Assembly: GCA_003345545.1 (NCBI GenBank)
Contig: PRDH01000027.1
Location: forward strand, 1 to 28,166
Reading direction: 5' to 3'
Source of the DNA: Candidatus Thorarchaeota archaeon
Lineage (GTDB): Archaea > Asgardarchaeota > Thorarchaeia > Thorarchaeales > Thorarchaeaceae
Length of the DNA: 28,166 bases
Shown here: one piece after another, positions 1 through 8,988 of the stretch
Layout of the letters: the number at the start of each line of letters is the position of its first letter
How positions within the stretch are numbered: the first letter of the stretch is position 1
Program-made: the position numbers and the translations under genes
Notes under the pieces: model-generated
Database searches by the model: none
What the model saw: only the letters and a program-made list of their open reading frames with translations
Told to the model about the DNA's origin: nothing

Positions 1-59
1 TAAGGCTTCTGGCGTTATCTAATGCGATTCGAAATGCTTGACCACTACACCACGGGGCT
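1..59 (-). tRNA. tRNA-Gln 5' part (truncated by window edge), probably intron-containing
   Basis: Reverse complement reads AGCCCCG-TG-GTGT-AGTGGTCAA-GCAT, the A1-starting acceptor strand and D arm typical of archaeal tRNA-Gln. The next 33 nt do not form an anticodon arm. The anticodon is not visible, so identity is inferred from the acceptor/D arm only. Confidence 0.7.
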
Positions 60-63
60 ATTG

Positions 64-378
64 TTAGGTAAGGCCAAAGGGTATACCACTCTTCAAGATG
101 TCGGTTGGTATTTTCTTCTTCCATCTCTCAAGAAAGGCTGTTTCCTCTATGCGCTGCTTGCCCTCTACCCGCAGATTGTCAGGAAGCATGCATGCTATCC
201 CCTCGATGACCGGATACCATCTACCACACTTTGGACATCTGATCAATGCTTCGTCAATCTCTTCAACATCCTCTCCCTCAGATTCCAGATTGTGGGACTT
301 GTAGACCTCTAAGGTGAGATCACTTCTGCAGTCACTCACCGGGCAGGCAAGGATGTCCATCAGCCAGCGTTTCATCAT
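64..378 (-). CDS. trm112: Trm112-family methyltransferase activator (zinc-binding)
   Basis: MKRWLMDILACP...EIDEALIRCPKCGRWYPVIEGIACMLPD signature. GGAGTGA SD precedes ATG at 378/375, so the ORF-track start at 420 is probably too long. Confidence 0.9.
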   Translation of the reverse strand: MMKRWLMDILACPVSDCRSDLTLEVYKSHNLESEGEDVEEIDEALIRCPKCGRWYPVIEGIACMLPDNLRVEGKQRIEETAFLERWKKKIPTDILKSGIPFGLT

Positions 379-519
379 GATGTCACTCCTGTGGTATGAT
401 TCTGATTTGTCCGTTATCACAAAAAAACGTTCTGGCTGGAACGCTTGGACTCTTTTACCCGAAAGCTATTTGGGCAAGAAGACTTGCCAGCAGGCCAAGT
501 GTTCCCGGAGAAGAGTGCG

Positions 520-1923
520 ATGGAGTACAAACATCCTTGGATTCCGATTACTAAGACAACAGAGGAAGAGATGCTCACCTCTATTGGAAAGAAGAGCTTG
601 GAGGACCTATTCTGCAATATTCCTGCTCAGTTCAGGGTGAAGCGTAATCTAGATCTTCCCGAATCCCATACTGAGTTCGATGTCACAAGAAGAATACAGG
701 AACTCGCAGGCAAGAACATGCCAGCTTCTGATGGCAATGTCTTCCTTGGATCTGGAGTCAGCATGCATTATATTCCTGCAGTAGTACCTGCGTTGTCAGG
801 CAGGTCCGAGTTTGTCACATCCTATACAAGTTACCAACCTGAGATAAGTCAGGGCATGCTGCAGGCTCTATTCGAATATCAGAGTCTATTGGCTGAGATT
901 CTACAGATTGATGTTGTGAACTCCTCGATGTACGACATGGCGACTGCGGTTGCAGAGGCAGCGCGGATGGCAGCCCGAGTGAACAAGAAGCGTACTAAGT
1001 TCCTTGTCCCTGGCACAATCAATCCGGAGCATTACAGGGTCATCCATACCTATACTGAGCCTGCTGGCATTGATGTCATCAGAGTGGATTTCGACAAGAG
1101 CACAGGACTCATGTCACTCTCAGACTTGGAGTCAAGACTTGATGAGAGTGTCGCTGGAGTCTACATTGAGAATCCCAGCTATCTGGGATTCATTGAAACT
1201 CAGGTGGATGACATCGCACGACTAGTACACGAAAAGGACTCCCTGTTTGTGGCCGGGGTGGATGTTCTTTCCCTGGGGATTCTCAGGCCTCCTGGCCAAT
1301 ACGATGCAGATATCGTTGTTGCAGAAGGGCAGCATCTGGGTTCGCCTGTCAGCTACGGCGGGCCCTTGCTTGGCGTCTTCGGATGCAAGAATGACCGCAA
1401 GCTGATCTACCAGATGCCGGGTCGCCTTGTTGGTATGACGAGGACACAAGATGAGCCCTATGAGGATGGTTATGTTCTGACACTCAGTCCGCGAGAACAG
1501 CATATTCGTAGAGAGAAAGCGACAAGCAACATCTGTTCTAATCAGGCTCTTGCTGCAGTGACTGCAGCCATCTATATGTCCGTCCTCGGCCCCACTGGAC
1601 TAGAAACCCTCGGAGAGACCATTGCACAGAAATCCAACTATGCTGCTAAACGACTGGGCACTCTCACGGGTGTCAAGTCTCCTGCCATTGGCGAGTTCAT
1701 CTGGAAGGAGTTTGTCGTGCAATTTGATAATGGTATCACCGCAAGGCAAGTGCATGAGGACCTGCTAAAACAGGGAATTCAGGGAGGAAAGATACTGTCT
1801 GAGGAATTCCCTGAGATGGGTGAGTCGATGTTGTTCTGTGTGACTGAGATACACAGCCAGAAGGCCATAGACACTCTGGTCAAAGCAGTTGAGGGAATTG
1901 TCACTGAGGGAGGTGCACAGTGA
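520..1923 (+). CDS. gcvPA: Glycine cleavage system P protein subunit 1
   Basis: SYTSYQPEISQG, NSSMYD and REQHIRREKATSNICSNQAL motifs. Start moved to ATG 520 (MEYKHPWIP). Confidence 0.96.
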   Translation: MEYKHPWIPITKTTEEEMLTSIGKKSLEDLFCNIPAQFRVKRNLDLPESHTEFDVTRRIQELAGKNMPASDGNVFLGSGVSMHYIPAVVPALSGRSEFVTSYTSYQPEISQGMLQALFEYQSLLAEILQIDVVNSSMYDMATAVAEAARMAARVNKKRTKFLVPGTINPEHYRVIHTYTEPAGIDVIRVDFDKSTGLMSLSDLESRLDESVAGVYIENPSYLGFIETQVDDIARLVHEKDSLFVAGVDVLSLGILRPPGQYDADIVVAEGQHLGSPVSYGGPLLGVFGCKNDRKLIYQMPGRLVGMTRTQDEPYEDGYVLTLSPREQHIRREKATSNICSNQALAAVTAAIYMSVLGPTGLETLGETIAQKSNYAAKRLGTLTGVKSPAIGEFIWKEFVVQFDNGITARQVHEDLLKQGIQGGKILSEEFPEMGESMLFCVTEIHSQKAIDTLVKAVEGIVTEGGAQ

Positions 1924-3488
1924 TGAGCAGTCACCATCCAGTTGATTCTCGTGTACGCCAAGCGAAGTGGATTGAACCCCTTCTCTTTGAGCGGTCTAGT
2001 CCTGGAGTCATAGCTCACCAGTTTCCTGTAGCGGAGGACGGAGTACGAAGAGCCGCAAGTCTGACCAAGATTCTGCCAAAGTCAATGCGGAGGACAACTC
2101 CTCCAAAGATACCTGAGGTGTCAGAACCTGATGTTGTACGGCACTTCACAAGGCTATCCCAGATGAACTATGCAGTCAGTCTTGGTACGTATCCCTTGGG
2201 AAGTTGCACCATGAAGTACAATCCAGAGCTGAATAACTGGGCAGCCATGCAACCTGGTTTCTCTTGGCTTCATCCACTTCAGGATGTTTCTACAGCTCAG
2301 GGTGCCCTTGAGATGATGTGGGAGCTCGAACACTGGTTGGGTGAGATTACGGGTATGGACGCGGTCACACTGCAGCCTGCAGCAGGTGCCCAAGGTGAGT
2401 GGACTGGTGTGATGATGATGCGTGAGTATCATCGCTGTGTCACACATGAATGCGAACAGAGGAACGAGATGCTAATCCCTGATGCGGCACACGGGACGAA
2501 TCCAGCATCGGCTGCCATGGCTGGCTACAATGTTGTTGTACTCCCATCCAGCAAGGAGGGACTTGTCGATCTTGACGCTCTGAAGGCTGCTGCAGGCCCC
2601 AGAACGGCAGGACTGATGCTCACGAATCCCAATACAATTGGTGTATTTGAGAAGAACATTGGAGAGATTGCAGGCATTGTCCATGATGCTGGCGGTCTTG
2701 TGTATTATGATGGAGCCAATTTCAATGCAATCATGCACAAGGTCCGACCTGGTGACATGGGCTTTGATGTGGTCCATCTCAATCTCCATAAGACGTTCTC
2801 GACCCCTCATGGAGGTGGTGGCCCCGGAGCAGGCCCAGTGGGTGTCAAGAACAAGCTTGCTGAATTTTTGCCAGTGCCTCGTATCATCAAGACCAAAGAT
2901 GGATCCTTTGACTTGGACTACGATAGGCCGAGATCAATTGGGAAGGTAAAGTCATTCTATGGCAACTTTGGTGTGCTGGTCAGAGCCTATGCCTACACCT
3001 ATTCGCTCGGGAGAGAGGGTCTCAAGCGTGCCTCGGAGGTGGCGGTCCTCAATGCGAATTACATCGCTCATCATGTCAGAAAGATACCTGGATTCACACT
3101 GCCTTTTTCTCAGGACGCTCCAAGGATGCATGAGTGCGTCATCTCTGCAGAAGAGCTGAAGGAAAAGACCGGGGTGACTGCGATGATGGTTGCAAAACGA
3201 CTTCTAGACTTCGGAGTTCACTCTCCTACTGTGTACTTCCCTCTGATTGTGCCTGAAGCACTCATGATTGAGCCAACAGAGACAGAATCGAAACAGGAGC
3301 TGGACTACTTCATCGAGGTTCTCCGCCAGATATCCAAGGAGGCCCATGAGACCCCTGACAAGGTCAACAGCGCCCCGCACTCCACATCAGTCCGCCGTCT
3401 GGACGAGTACAGGTCTGCCCATCCGAAGACCCTCACACTGTCCTATAAGATGTATCAGGAGAGGCTTGCAGCCGGAGATAGGGAATAG
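1920..3488 (+). CDS. gcvPB: Glycine cleavage system P protein subunit 2
   Basis: PLGSCTMKYNP, QPAAGAQGE, AHGTNPASA and the PLP-lysine motif HLNLHKTFSTPHGGGGPG. Overlaps the gcvPA stop (GTGATG). Confidence 0.96.
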   Translation: MMSSHHPVDSRVRQAKWIEPLLFERSSPGVIAHQFPVAEDGVRRAASLTKILPKSMRRTTPPKIPEVSEPDVVRHFTRLSQMNYAVSLGTYPLGSCTMKYNPELNNWAAMQPGFSWLHPLQDVSTAQGALEMMWELEHWLGEITGMDAVTLQPAAGAQGEWTGVMMMREYHRCVTHECEQRNEMLIPDAAHGTNPASAAMAGYNVVVLPSSKEGLVDLDALKAAAGPRTAGLMLTNPNTIGVFEKNIGEIAGIVHDAGGLVYYDGANFNAIMHKVRPGDMGFDVVHLNLHKTFSTPHGGGGPGAGPVGVKNKLAEFLPVPRIIKTKDGSFDLDYDRPRSIGKVKSFYGNFGVLVRAYAYTYSLGREGLKRASEVAVLNANYIAHHVRKIPGFTLPFSQDAPRMHECVISAEELKEKTGVTAMMVAKRLLDFGVHSPTVYFPLIVPEALMIEPTETESKQELDYFIEVLRQISKEAHETPDKVNSAPHSTSVRRLDEYRSAHPKTLTLSYKMYQERLAAGDRE

Positions 3489-3523
3489 CATCTCCACAGA
3501 CCGAAAGAATTAGAGGTCAGTTC

Positions 3524-3910
3524 ATGCATGACAGAGTGATGATTCTCGAAAGAAAGGCAGGTCGTCACTCCATATTCCTTGAGGCAAAGGATGTTGGTAA
3601 AGATCTCCTGATAACTATCTACGGCGGAGACGAACACCATCTTGGTGGAGTCGCTGTGGCTTACGAAACCAAGAGCCACTATAGAGACGCCTCAACAGTG
3701 AGTGTGAGCACCCTGACCTTCCCGGGCCACAAAGACTATCTGATTTCAAACTCCACTGCAGAGCAAGTCTGCAAGGCTCTCAAGAAATCGACTGTTGTAA
3801 CGACCGGGATTCATTACAATAATGCGACGAAGGGCGAGATTGACGCCATCATCAAGGCTGTCGACTGGCTAACGAAGGAGCTGATTTCGCACTATCAAAA
3901 AGCTGAATAG
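3524..3910 (+). CDS. LpdD-like / proteasome assembly chaperone (PAC4)-like fold protein
   Basis: GxDLLITIYGG..HLGGV, PGHKD and VVTTGIH..NATKGEI pattern with three conserved His, recalled as the LpdD/PAC_bac family. GAGGT SD upstream. Confidence 0.65.
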   Translation: MHDRVMILERKAGRHSIFLEAKDVGKDLLITIYGGDEHHLGGVAVAYETKSHYRDASTVSVSTLTFPGHKDYLISNSTAEQVCKALKKSTVVTTGIHYNNATKGEIDAIIKAVDWLTKELISHYQKAE

Positions 3911-3941
3911 CACACCCTGACTGGCGTCAGTGTGAACTCAG

Positions 3942-4223
3942 TTGCTCGTCAGATTCAAGTCCTTTGGACCGGTACGTAGGCTTCTTGGACACCAAGTTAT
4001 TGAAGTGGATGTTCCAGATGGCTCCACGGTTCTTCAGGTCATTCAAAAAGTGGTTGAAGGGGGTGGAGAGAGCCTTCGGGACTTGGTGCTAGAGAACGGG
4101 AATATTGGCGGCAATCTAATCGTCATGCTCAACAAGAGGGACGTAGCTACTTTGGGCGGCACAGCGATTGTTGTCACAGAGGGCGATGAGGTGGCTCTGC
4201 TTCCTCACGTTCAAGGGGGTTGA
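3942..4223 (+). CDS. Ubiquitin-like small modifier / sulfur carrier (MoaD/ThiS/SAMP/Urm1 beta-grasp)
   Basis: 93 aa ending EGDEVALLPHVQGG, with the C-terminal diglycine. TTG start. Confidence 0.9.
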   Translation: MLVRFKSFGPVRRLLGHQVIEVDVPDGSTVLQVIQKVVEGGGESLRDLVLENGNIGGNLIVMLNKRDVATLGGTAIVVTEGDEVALLPHVQGG

Positions 4224-4233
4224 GCAACAATAG

Positions 4234-5529
4234 ATGGCAATCTCATTCTATCTGGAAACCTATGGTTGCTCTCTGAATTCGGCTGATTCTGACGTCATGA
4301 TTGGGCGCTTGAGAGAGATTGATGCTCAGAGCGTGGAGGATATCGAACAATCGGATGTGATCATTCTAAACACTTGTGGTGTGAAAGAACCCACTGAGGA
4401 CCGGATTATACACAGGCTAGAAGAGCTAGGTGAAGGTGCAAGACCTGTGATTGTAACGGGATGCCTGCCCAAAATATCTCTTGAGAGAGTTAAGGAAGCG
4501 ATTCCGAGCTATGCTGCAATACTTGGCCCTCAAGCCACTGAATCCGTGAATGAGATTGTGTTGAGAGTACTGAGCGGAGAGAGAGGCATTCTGCATCTGG
4601 AATCCACAGATGTGTCTAAGTTGAGATGGCTCGAGGCTCCTGCAAGAGGTGTCATCTGCACTATCCCCATCTGCGAGGGCTGCCTAGGTAATTGCTCCTA
4701 TTGCGCTGTCAAGTTTGCGAGGGGCCAGGTCAAGAGTCATTCTGAGATGGAAATCTGCCTTGCCATTCAGAAATGCACTCAGGCTGGGTACCGCGAGATT
4801 CGCCTCACATCTCAAGATCTGGGAGCCTACGGCACTGACATAGGTAGCGACCTTGTCACCCTGATACGAAAGGTTGACGATATACCGGGGCAACATAGGT
4901 TCAGACTCGGAATGTTCAATCCAAATCTTGTTGTTGATTCTATTGACGAGCTTCTTCGCGTCATGAGGTCTGACCACTTCTTCAAGTTCTTTCATGTTCC
5001 TCTCCAGTCCGGTAGCGACACGATTCTCAGTGCAATGGGTCGTTTGTATGCCCTACGCGATTGGGAGAGTATCATCAGGACAATCAGAGAGCACTTCAGT
5101 GATGCCACGATTGCGACAGACATCATTGTCGGCTTTCCCGGTGAGTCCAAGGAAGACTTTGAGCTTACGATGGAAGCGATTCGAAGAGTACAGCCGCCTA
5201 TTGTCAACATATCCAAGTATGGTGACCGTCCTGGCACAGTAGCTTCTACGTCTAGGAACAAGGTAGAAACGTCTGTGAAGAAACAGCGAAGCCGTCGGCT
5301 TACAACGCTTGTGAACAAGATACAACTTGAGGGCAATGAGTCCTGGGTGGGCTGGTCAGGTCCAGTCATCGTCAGTGAGCGGGGATCACGAGGCGGCTTT
5401 CTCTGTCGGACCCCCTCATACAGAGCAGTTATCGTTCATGATGATCTACAGCTTGGGTCAATTATTGATGTGCAAGTGACAAGAGCTGAACGGACTCATC
5501 TCATTGGTGAAACTATTTCGTGCGCTTGA
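4234..5529 (+). CDS. mtaB: tRNA t6A37 C2-methylthiotransferase (archaeal MtaB/CDKAL1 type, radical SAM + TRAM)
   Basis: N-terminal UPF0004 cysteines (TYGC, NTC, TGC), CLGNCSYC radical SAM motif, HVPLQSGSD, TDIIVGFPGE and a C-terminal TRAM domain. Confidence 0.88.
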   Translation: MAISFYLETYGCSLNSADSDVMIGRLREIDAQSVEDIEQSDVIILNTCGVKEPTEDRIIHRLEELGEGARPVIVTGCLPKISLERVKEAIPSYAAILGPQATESVNEIVLRVLSGERGILHLESTDVSKLRWLEAPARGVICTIPICEGCLGNCSYCAVKFARGQVKSHSEMEICLAIQKCTQAGYREIRLTSQDLGAYGTDIGSDLVTLIRKVDDIPGQHRFRLGMFNPNLVVDSIDELLRVMRSDHFFKFFHVPLQSGSDTILSAMGRLYALRDWESIIRTIREHFSDATIATDIIVGFPGESKEDFELTMEAIRRVQPPIVNISKYGDRPGTVASTSRNKVETSVKKQRSRRLTTLVNKIQLEGNESWVGWSGPVIVSERGSRGGFLCRTPSYRAVIVHDDLQLGSIIDVQVTRAERTHLIGETISCA

Positions 5530-6514
5530 CCACTATCTTGACAACCCTACCTGTCCTGGTGCTCTCTCGCGCAGCCTCAACAATCTCAAGTGCAGAGAGT
5601 GCATCATCGATGCTCACTCTTGGCGTTTTCTTTTCTTTCACACAGGCAACAAAATCATTGAGCACCTCTCTTACAGGCTCGCCGTAGACTTTGATTGTTG
5701 CGCCTCGCTCAGGCAGCTTTATGGTATCACCTGCGGCCATGGGTGCTTGGTCAAGATGCTGCACCTTTATGATCTGGGAAAACAAGTCAAGCACCAACGA
5801 CCCTTTGGTCCCTGAAACATCCATGTATCTTCTCCTGCCTGTGTATTGCCGTGATAGAAGGAAGACATGCTGGGCCCCGGCTTCGAAGTTGACCATGACC
5901 GTGCCACTATTGTAGATACCCCTGTCTGACTTGCTCTGGGCAAACAGGTTTGCGTTTCCCTGACTGATACGAGCCATGATATCAAAGTCATGTACGCCGA
6001 TGTCCTCGTACACATCACCAAGGGATGCTATCCTCGAGGGCTCAACAAAACCGCGACGATCATGTATCACGGTGAGTGGAGTGCCGATAGCATCTGTTTG
6101 AATGAGGGACAGTGCCTTACTTACAATAGGGTTGTATATCTCAGAATGTGATACTAGCGTGACAATGCCTCTTTTCTTGAGTATCTCAGCTACCTTCTTT
6201 CCGTCCTCAAGGGTGCTTGCGAGAGGCTTTTCAATAAGCAGCCCTCGAATCGTCTTGTACTCTGATGCTATCTTGTCTGCAATTGATGCGTGTGATGGTG
6301 TGGGTGTAGAAATGATTAGAGCAACCGGGCTCGCATTTTCAATGAGGCCTTCAAAGCTGTCAAAGGCTGGAACATTGTACGTCGCTGCAACCTTCTTGGC
6401 TGTTTCTAGGTTCGTATCTGCAACGCCAACCAGAAGACCCATGTCGTTGAGGATGCGTGCATGTATACTACCCATATTCCCTGCGCCCACAATGCCAATC
6501 TTCAAGGACTTCAC
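5513..6514 (-). CDS. Gfo/Idh/MocA family NAD(P)-dependent oxidoreductase
   Basis: GIVGAGNMG Rossmann motif, LIEKP and DIGVHDFD. Convergent 17-nt overlap with mtaB. Confidence 0.9.
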   Translation of the reverse strand: MKSLKIGIVGAGNMGSIHARILNDMGLLVGVADTNLETAKKVAATYNVPAFDSFEGLIENASPVALIISTPTPSHASIADKIASEYKTIRGLLIEKPLASTLEDGKKVAEILKKRGIVTLVSHSEIYNPIVSKALSLIQTDAIGTPLTVIHDRRGFVEPSRIASLGDVYEDIGVHDFDIMARISQGNANLFAQSKSDRGIYNSGTVMVNFEAGAQHVFLLSRQYTGRRRYMDVSGTKGSLVLDLFSQIIKVQHLDQAPMAAGDTIKLPERGATIKVYGEPVREVLNDFVACVKEKKTPRVSIDDALSALEIVEAARESTRTGRVVKIVVKRTK

Positions 6515-6687
6515 ATCTTTTCACTCCTGTCGCTCTGTAGCTGCCCACGTGCATATTCTGCTTTATACGTTATCATGGCTCCATGAAGGGCACCTGAATC
6601 CCTGACTTATCAATTAGAGTACATCTGGAACCCGAAAATCGTCGTTTGTTTGTATTATGAGCTTATATCTCATGCAGTGTACTGATT

Positions 6688-6830
6688 GTCGTTATCAAGT
6701 ACTACACCCACCCCCTCTTTTGGGGGAATCATAGTGTCGCACACTCTTTGACACTTGAATAACAACCCCTCCCTCGGACCCACCCGTGGACGCAGCATGG
6801 ATCTGCCTCTATCGTGCTGTGGGTGGGTCC
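6688..6830 (+). ncRNA. Candidate structured non-coding RNA (unknown family)
   Basis: Several stems in an intergenic region: GGACCCACCC 6776-6785 with GGGTGGGTCC 6821-6830 plus an inner helix; GTTATCAAGT 6691-6700 with ACTTGAATAAC 6753-6763; CCCCC/GGGGG. TATA-like CTTATAT at 6662-6668. Strand is uncertain. Confidence 0.3.
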
Positions 6831-6913
6831 TTCCAAGATGTCCGCGGCTGTCATGAAGGCCTCGTCTTCTGCAAACCTATCATCTTTAAGGAATTGGCCG
6901 CGTATTTCCAACT

Positions 6914-7384
6914 ATGAGTTGTTGTGACAACTCTGCAATCTGCAGAGAATGCGGAGGCTACTGCTGTCGCCTCGGAGGCACTAGGGCAACTAAAGATGAG
7001 GTCGATGCTATTCTCGGCGCCGGGCATGAGAGCCATTTTGTACGAGTCACGGAGAAGTGCTATATCACTCCATGGGGTGACGATGGTGTCTGTCCATATC
7101 TGAAAGACTCCACCTGTACGATCTATGAAATTCGACCCCTGGTATGCCAGAAATTCCCAATTGTGAAATTCAGTAACCACGAGAGCTTCATTGTTCATTG
7201 CCCGCTCACTCAGCATCTCTCAAAAGAAGACATAGACTATCTGATCGAGGTGTCCTCAAGATTACCAGAAGAGCTCATCGAAGAGGCAGCTGTATATTTC
7301 CAGCCCTATGCTCGAATTCTTGATGAGCGAATCCGTGTATTCCGATTGGACAGAATCAACGATGATGGAATGAACGCTGAGTAG
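6914..7384 (+). CDS. YkgJ-family (CxxCxxCC) Zn/Fe-chelating cysteine-cluster protein
   Basis: CRECGGYCC ... CPYL...CTIYEIRPLVCQKFP. TTTAAG TATA about 24 nt upstream, so probably leaderless. Confidence 0.88.
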   Translation: MSCCDNSAICRECGGYCCRLGGTRATKDEVDAILGAGHESHFVRVTEKCYITPWGDDGVCPYLKDSTCTIYEIRPLVCQKFPIVKFSNHESFIVHCPLTQHLSKEDIDYLIEVSSRLPEELIEEAAVYFQPYARILDERIRVFRLDRINDDGMNAE

Positions 7385-7440
7385 ACTGCTAGACAGAACT
7401 GGTTCTATCGTTTCCACTATGATCTGTCGGCGCTCGCCAG

Positions 7441-7896
7441 TCATCCACTCGGTGGTTTTTTTATCCTGAGTAGAAACAGCACAATCAGAGCGTGTAGCGG
7501 CAAGGGGATGGCCCAGACAATCCAGCCTGACCAAATGATAAAGGAAGCAATGATTGTGAATACAATCTGAAGTATTAGCATGCTGAGCGCTGGCAGCCAG
7601 ACCGATCTTGCCTTTATCTGGCCTGAATAGAATCGGTATAGTGCCATGCTTATGCAAAATCCAAATGCAAACCAGATTAGTCCCAAGAGAGACAGTAGAA
7701 AGTCAATACTTGATAAAAACGGAGGAATAATGACTCCATACTCCAACCAAGTTCCAAAGTCATGCAAATACGTCCAGAGGGGGAAAAGCCAGTACTGATT
7801 CTGCGTCATTATTGCAGTATTTGCAGTCACAACGCCGTACGGCAGCAATATGCCTGATACTACTGCTATGAGTGGTCCCCGTGATACCTTCTGCAA
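7441..7896 (-). CDS. Hypothetical integral membrane protein
   Basis: 151 aa with about 4 hydrophobic segments and no recognised motif. Confidence 0.6.
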   Translation of the reverse strand: MQKVSRGPLIAVVSGILLPYGVVTANTAIMTQNQYWLFPLWTYLHDFGTWLEYGVIIPPFLSSIDFLLSLLGLIWFAFGFCISMALYRFYSGQIKARSVWLPALSMLILQIVFTIIASFIIWSGWIVWAIPLPLHALIVLFLLRIKKPPSG

Positions 7897-8090
7897 TACA
7901 CATCCCTACCAGGCGCGCAGCCACATATGTTATGAGCCAGAGTTACACTTCAGTCTTATCATCAAAGTAGAAATGATGCAGAGAGCGAGTTTTTTCCGGC
8001 TCAGAGGAAACCCGTTTCAGGAACGAACCATCTGGCGAAATAGGCCGCTGTGCACAAGTTCATAAGGAGTCACTCTGAGAACTCCATTGC

Positions 8091-8101
8091 AGGTATATAA
8101 G
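8091..8101 (+). promoter_or_regulatory. Putative TATA box for ssb
   Basis: AGGTATATAAG in the intergenic region about 120 nt upstream of the ssb ATG. Confidence 0.4.
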
Positions 8102-8221
8102 AAGCGAGAAGCGTTTTCTATAATCGGAATTGTCGAAACTCTTTCTTAGGGCGTCGCAAATTTCACAGAAGCACACACTAGTTTTCAAGACCTGCAAATC
8201 GCATTTAGCGAGTGAACAACA

Positions 8222-8779
8222 ATGAATTTCGAAGAACAAGAGCCAATTGAGGCTACAGTGGCAGAATTAAAGCCACAGATGAAGAATGTCACCACTCATT
8301 TCAAGGTGATCAGTAAGGGCGAAGAGCGTGAGATTGAGTCCCGTAATGATGGAGCAACTCACCGTGTCTGTGATATCACCGTTGGTGATACGAGCGGAAC
8401 TGTTCAGGTCCCTCTCTGGGATGAAGCTATTGACAGCATTGAAGAAGGTGCTACCTACAATCTGACCAATGGATACACTGGTCTCTTTCGAGGTAACCTG
8501 CGATTAAATGTCGGTAGGTACGGCAAACTCGAGAAGTCTGAGGAAGCCATCGAAGAAGTCAACATGGATGTCGATATGTCTGCTGAAGAGCACGAAGACG
8601 ACCGACCCCGTAGGAGCTACGGAGGCGGTGGTGGCTACGGTGGAGATCGTCGCGGTGGCGGCGGTGGTTACAGTGGCCGAGGTAGCGGTGGCTACGGCGG
8701 AGATAGACGAGGCGGTGGCGGCTACGGTGGTCGTGACCGAAGAAGTAGCGGTGACAGCGACAGTCGTCGCAGATACTAG
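8222..8779 (+). CDS. ssb: Single-stranded DNA-binding protein, single OB fold (crenarchaeal SSB type) with Gly/Arg/Tyr-rich tail
   Basis: VGDTSGTVQVPLWD, NGYTGLFRGNLRLNVGRYGKL and DMSAEEH, followed by GGGYGGDRR repeats. Confidence 0.88.
   Translation: MNFEEQEPIEATVAELKPQMKNVTTHFKVISKGEEREIESRNDGATHRVCDITVGDTSGTVQVPLWDEAIDSIEEGATYNLTNGYTGLFRGNLRLNVGRYGKLEKSEEAIEEVNMDVDMSAEEHEDDRPRRSYGGGGGYGGDRRGGGGGYSGRGSGGYGGDRRGGGGYGGRDRRSSGDSDSRRRY
8617..8745 (+). repeat. Imperfect coding repeats (GGGGYGGDRR-like units) in the SSB tail
   Basis: ggtggctacgg / ggcggctacgg units recur, giving a low-complexity G/Y/R/D protein sequence. Confidence 0.7.
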
Positions 8780-8988
8780 ATTCCAACCTTAGATACGATT
8801 CACAGCAGTAATAGCTGTTCGATTGTGGGTAGTCAGCAGTGATTACTCACAAATCCTTCTTTTTTGCGTTCGAATATCCAAATCAGATCTTGGCACTCTT
8901 TCTCTCATTTTCCTGTAGAAAGGAATGAAAACCACGAATGGATGATGCTGAGGGCGAGATTCGATCTTGCGAAGATCAGAACCTTGTT

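Noticed and set aside
6672-6734. 20-codon ORF MQCTDCRYQVLHPPPLLGES with CxxC
   Set aside because: No SD, too close to the TATA-like element, and too short to support.
6765-6800. CCTCCCTCGG resembling the L3 loop of an HDV-like ribozyme
   Set aside because: No upstream P1 partner or J4/2-P2 elements could be built.
8617-8760. Repetitive DNA as possible CRISPR or minisatellite
   Set aside because: Explained by Gly-rich codons of the SSB tail. There is no repeat-spacer periodicity and no cas genes.
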